A stretch of 64,000 nucleotides of DNA from Antedon mediterranea (lineage: Eukaryota > Animalia > Echinodermata), in NCBI RefSeq assembly GCF_964355755.1, contig NC_092680.1, forward strand, positions 14,455,045 to 14,519,044, given 5' to 3'. Numbering within the stretch: the stretch's first letter is position 1; every line of letters begins with the position of its first letter. Shown here one piece after another: positions 39,601 to 49,207 of the stretch. The position numbers and the translations under genes are program-made. The notes below the pieces were generated by a model, which ran no database searches, was not told the origin of the DNA, and was given only the letters and a program-made list of their open reading frames with translations.

Positions 39601-42600
39601 TATTTTTACAAAATGTCCACAATTTCAGGTAAATATTTGACTGAATGAATTTGTGCCATGCTGGATAATGGTTTTCTTATGATACAATGTACAGTATGCA
39701 GTTGCCTACATTACCACTTCATTTCTAAAATCAAAACTACTCAGCTTGACACAATACATACATGTTCAGACTGTGCTTTGTACATTAAAAAAAAGAAGAG
39801 TTTTTCACCATATTCAAAATGTACCTACCGCCACATTTTAATTTAGGCACTGGGTTTAAATCCTATTGATATAGTATACAAATAATGTTTATGAGTGTAA
39901 TGGTACAAATAATGGCACGAGGTGAATGATGAAAGGTTATATTTCAACTCGGCTCATCGCCTCGTTGAAATATAACCTTTCATCATTCACCTCGTGCCAT
40001 TATTTGTACCATTACACGAATACAAAACTTTCATTATTTGTTTTATATAACATCTAAATAAATTCTAGTTATTTGAATCAAATAAAAGGTAGCCCTAGCC
40101 AAAGTTTACTACATTTCATTCACACACATTGATTAAAAACAGTAACATTTCGTTTTAAATAATTTTATATTAAATGTTATATTTATATGGATTTTGTAAA
40201 CACACCTACTTTTGTGTTAATTATGTCAACAAACGACCAAACAATCCTAGGCCTAGCAAGGCTAAAACGCCTAGGCTAGGCCTAGCCTAATACTAGCATG
40301 GCCTAGGCTAGACCTAGTAGCCTAGTACTAGCTTGGCTGAAAGGCAAAACTTCGACAGACAATTGGAACTTATCTAAGCTAATTATGGTTTTTCCAACAA
40401 TTCCACGTCCTGTAGGGATGTCCCCATTAATTAATCAAAATCCTAAAAACGATCTAAAGCTAATTTAAATGCCTTTTTGAATGAAATTAGTACATAATGT
40501 CCAAATCGTACACAAATATCTGCTGCTGTTGCATATCTCGCGGTGGTGTTTACAAATGAAACTCAGACCAGACGACAGGTGGCGCTGTTGTATTTCACAG
40601 TACATAGTCATATCATAGGATAATTTTTGTACTAGATTTTTTTTCATCCGCGAGACGTTTTTTTTTTCGTACACAAAAATGTTTCAAAAAGTACTATTTA
40701 ACGATCGTTGAATAGTGCGTACTATTGCACGCCATGTGACCTACATTCGTCCAATCAAATGACAGGAATTTATTTAGGTGTTATATAATATAATCTTTTG
40801 TGAAGTGATAGTACCATCTTTTTAATTAGGAAGCTGGTCTCAAACAAAATGAGATAATTATCATTTTTTGAGGAATATTGTATTTTCGGGATTACAGTTT
40901 GTTTATTTGTTGTTTTAATTATTTATGTTGATAGGGAAATTCTGTTGTTCAGTCGCCAAAGCCACGAGAATTTCATTCACTATCGTTCAAGATGAAGGTG
41001 ATCGAGAAAGCCAAACAAGTTGGTAACTGTGCAGCGGGAAGAGAATTTAAAGTTCCGGAGTCGTCCATACGTAAATGGCGGAAACGACATTCCCTTGCAG
41101 GTGCCATATCCACCTTGACTACTCCTGGGTCGACACGATACGCCATGCGGCATCCAGACATCGAAGATGACTTGGTGACTTGGATACGCAATCTAGATGC
41201 CCAAGGCATTTCGGTAAAGTATTCCGATATTCGGGATAAAGCTATGGAATTTGCTCGAGAACGAAACATCCCGGAGCACATGTTCAAAGCACGCTCATCG
41301 TGGGTACAGCGATTTCTTCAACGCCATAACCTAAGTACTGCAAGACAAATTGCTCGTAGACAAAAACGTGAAACTGAGCAGCAATTATTTCAAAATGCAG
41401 AAGAAGTAAGCAATTAATATGATAGCAATAATAATAAGATAATTTGAAATTAAAATTATTTGTAATTTACACGTTGTCCATTTTATTATGTTAGACTGAC
41501 CATGGAGCTATAAAATTAGCTCTAATTTCATAGCTCCATGGACTGACATGCTCCTAGTACTGGTTGCTGGAACAAGTCTTCTCGGATAAGCAATATAATC
41601 CGTAGGACACAGTTCATCATTTGAAATGAGTAGGAGGTTATCCCGGTGAACTAGTTCACAAAATAGCCCCTGTAAAAGGGGGATAATACCACCTATCTGA
41701 TAAGACAGTGATTCATTTACTATTGGTAATCCTTTGTTACATGTGCCAAAGACATAAAATAAAAATACATAATAAATTTAAATACATATAAAATTTGATT
41801 TGAGTGAGATATTAATGATTTGGACTTGTTACCTTCTGTTATAAAGGTGAGCATTTTTAAACCAAACCATACATTCTATAATTGGCTAACATTTTACAGT
41901 AAATTTGTTTTATTCCATCAATTGTTTAAAAATGACCTTGTATTGTTATTTTTTATCACTTTGCTTTATAGTTTTATTTTGTGGATGGTGTAATAACATT
42001 AAATTTGATGATTTCATTTTTTGGAAATATGATGGTACCCGTACCCACTTGTTAATATTGAGTGCATAGAGAATTACAATAAGATAGGCCACACATAGAC
42101 AAGCTGACAGGATCTTGGTTTATACGTTGTTAATCTTGTGTTTTGACACTTGTTTGCTATTCTTCTTCTTCTTTTTAGATTGTATTATCAGCAGCAATGG
42201 CAGCCCAGATAAGCTTAGAAGATCTTCAAACGATTAGTTCACCAGTTGCATATGTTAGACGTATAGAGAAATTTTCTGCATCTCACAGACTTCACAGGTA
42301 CATAGAAATTTCTTAATTTATTGTGTTAACATAGGCTCATTCATTTATTCAATAACACATTCTTTACACATAATAATTAAATAAGCAAGTTCGATAATGA
42401 GTTCAAACATAGTACTGTACATTGATAAATTGGTACAATTGGTAATATAATTGGATCACATTGAGATGCAAAATATGAAAAACAATAAATCGAAACAGTT
42501 GGAAAAGCTTTTGAAAAACTACAAATGGCATTGTTTAATAAAGCTTTGTCATGCGATACTTTTTCTGAAATTACCTAAAATTTTGCAGTTAAGGTAAAGT

Positions 42601-45600
42601 TATCTATGGACAAGGAGGTCAGAGGTTACTTATAGAGGTTTATATAGTGTACATTAAAAAATGTCTCTTGCAAAGTCCATAAAGTTCAATTGTTTTACAA
42701 TATGTGGAATTGATAGATGAATTGATTGGTCATGTAATGAAGGAATAAGTTGTTTTCTTCATTTTTTTCCTAGTATTTATTTTACGCATGAAGAAAATAA
42801 ACAAGTTTATGGAAAGTGTAACAATCCAAATGGACATGGACATAATTATACAGGTACAAGAAACATTCTTATTATAATTAATTTTACAACAACCCAGTAA
42901 GCCTTTCAAAAATAGAAAAACGTGGTGTGGCACAAAAGCATTAGAGGATTTAATCAACATTTAGCAAACCAGTATATAACTAGATTTAATTCGTCACTAT
43001 GACGAATTATAGGTTATATGCATTGATTTAAATAAAGATATATTGACTGATTGATTTTCTCAAAATCTTTAATTATTTATAATATATTATAGGATCTTGC
43101 TAACACAAATACAATAGCCGGTATCACAATCCGATCAAAGATCCCTCTGCGTATAGTGTCATAAACCACCCTTGTTACATAATTATAAAGACATAAGTTT
43201 CTTTTTATCTATATTTCATTATAAATCTATACAAAAACTACAAACCAAAATCTGATAAAATTAAATCAAATGATGACCTACCCCAAAACGACTGAATGAT
43301 TTCTTCAGTCGTTTTGACACTTACCCTCTCCATCAAGACAATAATTATGAAAATGGTAATGATGTACTGTTAGTTGTTCTTGAAGAGAATACTTGTAATG
43401 AGTTTAGTAGATGTAAGTCAAATAAGTCAGCTGGTCCAGACGGTATATCCCCTATGCTTGTTAAACATTGTTGCAAACAGATTGCCCATATTTTTACATA
43501 CATTTTCAATTTCTCTCTTATATCTCAAATTATTCCGCGATGTTTTAAAGATTCTATAATAATTCCAATTCCGAAACGTTCCCCACTCGAAACCCTGAAT
43601 GATTATCGACCTATAACATTAACGTCTGTTCTGATGAAATGCTTTGAACATATAGTCCTTAATTACTTGAAGGCCAAGTGTCCTCGAGATCTTGACCATT
43701 ATCAGTTCGCCTATAGACCAAACCGGTCTACCGAAGATGCAGTATCGATCACTTTGCATAGGATCTTAGAGCATCTCGAACGTGATAAGAGATATGCTAG
43801 ATTTTATATATAGATTTTAGTTCAGCATTTAATACGTTTGTACCGTATAAGTTACACACTAAGATGGTTGAAATCGGTTTCGATATTTCTATACGTAACT
43901 GGGTGTTAAACTTTTTAACTGATCGACCCCAACGTACTAAAGTGGGTACCATTATATCGGCTAGCGTATTATAAATACAGGTGTACCACAGGGCTGTGTT
44001 CTGTCGCCCTTTCTTTTTACTTTATTTACCTATGACTGTGTTACCTACTACAGTAACTGTCATATCGCTAAATTCGCGGATGATACTACCATTGAAGGTC
44101 TAATCAATGATGACAGTGATGAGTCTAATTATCGCAACCAAGTTAAACGAGTTGTAGACTGGTGTAGCGAAAACAATCTGTTCTTGAATGTATCTAAGAC
44201 TAAAGAAATGGTTGTAGACTTCCGTAAATCACTTAATGTCAGATATCCAATATTTATTAATGGTATATCAGTTGAGTTTGTAGAAGAATTTAAGTTCTTG
44301 GGTATTTATATTTCAAATGATCTGAAGTGGCATATTAACACACGTAACATTATTAGAAAGGCCCAAAGAAGAATCTACTTCCTACGTAGACTTAAATCAT
44401 TTTGTATAAACTAATAAATAATGTCGTCGTTCTATAGGTCAGTTATAGAGAGTGTCATAACGTATTCTTTAACGGTATGGTTTGGTAGCACTACCGAAAA
44501 TGAAAATAGTCAAGACCGCATCGCATATAATTGGATCTGCACAATTTCCTTTGGAGAACATATTTTCGGATCGTCTTCTGAAAAAGGCAGTGGCTATCAA
44601 AGATGATCAATTTCATCCGGCCTCTAGTATGTTCCAGTTGATGCGCAGCGGTCGGCGATTTCGTTCTATTAAGGCCAATAAAGCACGATTTACAAATAGT
44701 TTCTTTCCAGGAGCTATTAGAGCCTTAAACATAATGTAGACACTTTTTGTAATGTTTTTGTTTTTGAGTTTGTGTTGTGTCCGTTTTCTTTAAAAAAATG
44801 ATAATAAATGATACTTGACTATACACTAAGAAATAAAATTGAACAAACAATATGGATAATAAAAAGAAAAATCATGTTTCGTTTGGTTTCCCAAGGTGAG
44901 ACTCGATCTCGGTACCTTGAATGCCATAGACACGAGCACAGACCACTGAGACATACACAACTGACTTAAAGTCATAGAAAGATTCCTCTGTGTATTTACT
45001 ACGCAATAACCACTTTGGTGCAGATAGATATTACATACATCAATGAATTATAATTTTTTACTATGGTGACATCTTTAAAAATTAAAAAAAAATGATGCAC
45101 TGTCAAACTATATACTTTTAACTTTAGTTTATGAACATTTTAAGGAAGAAAGTTAATGTTAACGTGATTTTTTTAAATTGCTAGATTAAATTGCTAGTTA
45201 AATTAATAGACCGCGTAATTTTTTATTGTGCGCCATAAAATCATAAACACATCGATTCCTGGCCATAAGGAATAAACTCTGAAAAATTTACTTAGCTAAA
45301 CTGATATTAAGATAATTGACGGACAAAATAGTGCTTAAGGAAAGAAAAAATAAATAAAGAAATAAATAAATAAAGATTCTGACAGAATCAAGATGTTATA
45401 TGCATGATAATGCATATAACCTAATAATGTACTGGTTAAAAGTATTGGCAGGGATGCGTACCTTGCCTTTTGAATTTGAACCAAAGCGTATTGTTTTGCA
45501 TTATAACATTTAACTGCCAAACACAAAGATCTTCGTGTTTGGAAACACAACGCTTGACTGCCAAACACGAAGATCTTTGTGTTTCGCGTTTTTTTTACTA

Positions 45601-48295
45601 TAAATATGGACACTATATTCGGTCTGGACCGTCAATATTTTACTATTTGAAGATAACTAATCTGGTTACGAACGACTGTCAAAATAGTACCTGTCGAAAT
45701 AACAAAAACCGCGCATCACAGTAGCTTGGCGCATTGTGTATCGGTCTCGCACTAGCTATGCCGCCGAAGCATTACGAAGGTTTTTGTGGATTGACATGTT
45801 TGTTTGTTATCTGAATAAAAAAATAATGGAGTCATTTTCAATATGAAGTCTTTAATTTTATTATTGTATGTATACCCTAATTGTTTTGGTGTTTCACTGT
45901 AAGTATTAATCGAGTTTCATGCAACAAACTTGTTTAGAAATGGTATGGATATTATCATCAGTTTACTAGGCTAGTAGTACTGGGCTAGCCTAGGCGTAAA
46001 ACGGTTCCGGACCAACCTTAGGCCTCGTTAACTAGGCCTGGGGTCTTTACTATGTGGATTTTGGCGAAACATTATGATTTAAAAAATGTAATACATTTTT
46101 CGATAGTGATAACTTGTTTTTATAGGCCTTATCGGTGCCGTGTAAGTAACTCTTTCGTTGTTTGTTGATCTCACTGGGCGATATTTTCATATTGTGATGT
46201 CTTGCACAAAATCGCGAATATCTTGACTTTCTTGAACGAAACTACAAAAAACTCAGTGGGTTAAATTTATTTTACTATTACGATTTACATTACGATTTGA
46301 AAATCGTTTTTGGTAGCATTGTAAAGCTAAAATCTTTATGATTATTTTAGTCTAAATTACATATAAATCATATCACATACATAGTTTCAATCAGCTTTAA
46401 ATTGGGCTAAAAACCTCTGGCAGTAAAAGTGTTAAACTAGTATCGTATATTAGTACTGAAGGCTGCCATCTTTGTATGAAGCAGAAAATTGAATTTATTT
46501 ATAAATGTATGTGTTATTTGAAGCTCAAATTATGATTTGTACTGTAAGATTTGCATTTTGGAGGCGTTTCATCATTATAGGGCAGAAGGTTTTTTTAAAG
46601 GTTGTTAAGGCACAAAGTTTTTGTTTAAATACTGTGTGAATAAATTTACGACAGAAACGGGACCAGATTTCAGATACTAGCCTCAATTGTGATTAAAAAA
46701 TTATTCCCTATGACTCCACTTTTTCGACCTGCATTGAGGCTAAAGATGACGTTTCTTGATGAGTGATTTTCTTGTGGAAAAATGTTCAGCAGAAATGCTA
46801 TTAAAATGTGCTAAATACTAGCCTTTTTTCCATTATGCAAATTTATTTAGTGCAAAGCTAAAGCGTTGACTAATGCTTATGCATATTAATATTTTCGCAT
46901 ATTAATATTTTCATCTACTTTTTCTTTCCTCCTAACATCAGGAGAGTTGGGGCATCTGCAATGACACACTATCCACTTAGTATCACATTTAACATGATAT
47001 TTAAATTCCCACTCTCATCGCTTTCTGATTATGATGCCATTGACAAACTAATGTTATTTTTGTTTATATTTCAGTTGAAGTTATTTTAAGAGGCAAGGTA
47101 AGATAGTTATGTTTTGTAATAATTATATGTTTATAATATCAGGGGCGTAGGCTTGAAAGACACCCCCTCCCACAAAAAGGCAAAAAGATCTCTATGGGCC
47201 TCTATGCCTGACATTTTCAAAGTATAAGTGCAATTTATAAAGACCTGCAGCTCTAGTTTCTCAGCTAAGCCCCAACCATAGATCTGTTCATACTTTTATA
47301 TTACGATTCATATTTCGAAGTACAAGTTCATTCCCTGGGGACCTAACACCTCTATTTTTCAAAATTTTCTTAGCTTAGCTCCAACCATGGTTAGATGGTT
47401 CTGGAGCCTTTCCGGGGACCTAGCAGCTTCATTTCTTAAAATTTTATTACAGATCAGCCCTGAAGGATTAGGGAGGGGTTAGTGTTAATCCCGCATTTAA
47501 CATTTTTCGCATCCCCTAGACAGCAACAAGCCTATGCCTCTGAATATGTTGATAGTAGTTATGTTTTACTCTATGGCAATATTGCCATATTATGTTTAAC
47601 CTAAGCATGTATATGGTTAACCTGATCATGTGTACAGTATATTTAACCTTAAGATGTTTTGTTTAACCTAACGATGTTTATGTTCAACCTAAACATTTTT
47701 ATGTTCAACCTAAATATGTTTGTTTAACCTAAACATGTTTATCCTAACCATGTTTATGTTCAACCTAAATATGTTTTGTTTAACCTAAACATGTTTATCC
47801 TAACCATGTTTATGTTCAACCTAAATATGTTTTGTTTAACCTAAACATGTTTCTTGTTACCTAAAGGTGGATCCTAAGACTGGAATGGTAATAAACATAA
47901 ACGATTTAAAGAATGTAATGCAGGTAGGTAAAGCAGTTTATTTATCAATATTAATTCAAGTGTTCTGTGTATTTTTGACAAAACCACTTCTTTTTCATAT
48001 TGGTAAAATGCTTGCTATTTTCTTTTTATTTAAAATGTTGTCTGAAAAGCAAAAGCACAAAAAATTGTCTCTCATCATCTTACAGAAAGCCATCATGGAG
48101 CCTCTAGATCACCGAAACCTAGATGTGGAAGTGGACTTTTTCAAAACTCGTGTTAGCACATCGGAAAATGTAAGCATCTTTATCTGGAACCAGATGCTGG
48201 CGCATCTACCACATCCAGAACTACTGTATGAGGTTAAGTTACACGAAACTGACAAGAATGTTGTGTCGTACAAAGGAGAAATAAGTGAAAGTTAG
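33534..48295 (+). CDS. PTS: Predicted 377-aa fusion protein: acidic N-terminal leader + pogo/CENP-B-type DNA-binding domains + full 6-pyruvoyl-tetrahydropterin synthase. Exons 33534-33644, 35880-35942, 40935-41405, 42179-42297, 42774-42853, 47075-47097, 47867-47923, 48086-48295
   Basis: All junctions are GT..AG and frame-compatible (phases 0,0,0,2,1,0,0). The PTS part reads [64 protein letters not shown]...PLDHRNLD...STSEN...[17 protein letters not shown] identity is very secure; linkage to the three upstream exons is predicted. Confidence 0.8.
33985..34645. mobile_element. MITE with ccggccgc repeat TIRs
   Basis: tatggagcgccca (34085) versus tgggcgctccata (34557), flanked by inverted tccggccgc repeats. 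Confidence 0.6.
34810..35580 (-). mobile_element. LINE ORF1 (L1/Tnp22-like coiled-coil + RRM) fragment with no adjoining ORF2, in intron 1 of the PTS fusion gene
   Basis: '[15 protein letters not shown]...AHR...PRHIIAKF'; similar to the ORF1 remnant at 2050-2290. Confidence 0.8.
35880..35942 (+). CDS. Second coding exon of the DBD/PTS gene ([21 protein letters not shown])
   Basis: Polypyrimidine acceptor tttctcttccag, 63 nt open, donor CAG|gtatga; phase 0-0. Confidence 0.7.
38500..38860 (+). mobile_element. Highly decayed CR1 APE-domain fragment
   Basis: Manual translation gives [16 protein letters not shown]...IYRPP remnants with frameshifts. Confidence 0.55.
39880..40790. mobile_element. 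Non-coding element starting with a perfect 54-bp-arm hairpin
   Basis: Arms 39895-39948 and 39964-40017; second IR ttatataacatctaaataa (about 40042) versus ttatttaggtgttatataa (about 40770). Confidence 0.7.
40935..41405 (+). CDS. Pogo/Tigger transposase-derived DNA-binding exon (Brinker-like HTH + HTH_Tnp_Tc5/CENP-B), 157 codons, phase 0-0
   Basis: Open frame ...[36 protein letters not shown]...[22 protein letters not shown]...IRDKAME...[18 protein letters not shown]. Acceptor gttgatag|GGA and donor GAA|gtaagc. No DDE domain follows. Confidence 0.88.
41550..41765 (+). mobile_element. Deu-domain-like SINE remnant; a related antisense remnant lies at about 60600-60780
   Basis: cttctcggataag..taatccgtagg...gagtaggaggttatcccgg resembles the DeuSINE core as I recall it. 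Confidence 0.45.
42179..48295 (+). CDS. PTS: 6-pyruvoyl-tetrahydropterin synthase catalytic portion (5 exons; internal ATG at 42197 could start a stand-alone enzyme)
   Basis: Signature motifs [18 protein letters not shown] (catalytic Cys, Zn-binding His), LDH, STSEN and ETD..V.YKGE. Internal exon sizes of 80, 23 and 57 nt match the vertebrate PTS structure as I recall it. Confidence 0.96.
42978..45320 (-). mobile_element. Helitron-like remnant hosting the Rex1/L2 LINE
   Basis: Hairpin aattcgtca-cta-tgacgaatt next to CTAG at about 42980-43010; 45208-45300 resembles 16985-17090. Confidence 0.5.
43250..44820 (+). mobile_element. 5'-truncated Rex1/L2-type LINE in a PTS intron
   Basis: '[18 protein letters not shown]', '[13 protein letters not shown]', [19 protein letters not shown], '[11 protein letters not shown]', 'SGRRFR...FTNSFFP.AIR'. 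Confidence 0.93.
47595..47862. repeat. Minisatellite (aacctaaacatgttt core) abutting a PTS splice acceptor
   Basis: Directly visible; ~19-bp units with a higher-order repeat. Confidence 0.9.
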
Positions 48296-48413
48296 TCAGC
48301 TTTGTTTATTGTCAGATGTTTTGCTGAACTCGTACATGTTGTTCTCCAGTAGGCTTGAAGCCACTACTTTACTTTCAGATCACTAGCCTGGCATTCATAT
48401 CTCTTCCACCGAC

Positions 48414-48509
48414 AGCTAGGCTAATTTGTTTTAGTTAAGCTAGGCTAATTTGTTTTAGTTAAGCTAGGCTAATTTGTTTTAGTTAAGCTAGGCTAATTTG
48501 TTTTAGTTA
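48414..48509. repeat. 24-bp tandem repeat x4 (agctaggctaatttgttttagtta) just 3' of the PTS stop
   Basis: Directly visible. Confidence 0.95.
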
Positions 48510-49207
48510 TTTACTAGAAGCACTTATATTGTAAAGAAAAACAACATATCCGTGTTAAACAGAAAACCAGGTCTTAAGTTGACATTTAGCATTTGCTTTT
48601 TTCAATGCCACTACAAATATACAGTATGTCTATATTTAAATCAAGCAGATATTATTGTTTTTTTCCCAAATAATTAATTAGTCAAATCATGTTAAGTTAT
48701 CTTACCATAAATATTATATGAATCAACATTACTGAATTGGTAAAAGGGAACATATTATATCAAAATCTGATACTTCAGATATTAAATAGCAATTTTCGTG
48801 TTGGCAGAATTCAGTTGCTTAATGTACATAATATTGTACTGTATATGGACATAGGAGTACTAGTAATCATTTTATTAGTTTTGTTTGTACAGTAAACATG
48901 TACAAAATTCTACTTATCCTATTTATGCACAATTCATTCCAAATTATTAATTAATGTTAATACCAGTAAATGTTATGAAAAGGTTAAATTACTAAAATAT
49001 AATATGCATTTAGATGGCTACTCTAAAATGTCTATTGTTTATTGTAGAATACTGTATACTCAATTATAACCAAACACTCTATAAATGCTAATTGTTTGTT
49101 TTTTTAATGAACACTATCAGTTTGATGAAAGTGTGTGATGTGCCCAAAAATCATTGTGTCCATATAATGGGCACATTAAATTGTCACATAAAGTGTAGAG
49201 AGCTTAA

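Noticed and set aside
40992-41417. An autonomous pogo transposon
   Set aside because: No DDE domain after the HTH region and no TIR/TA pair found; the segment is bounded by splice sites instead.
47867-48295. Single 142-aa PTS ORF with a hydrophobic insertion
   Set aside because: The insert 47924-48085 is a 162-nt GT-AG intron that happens to be open. Retention cannot be excluded, but it would disrupt the fold.
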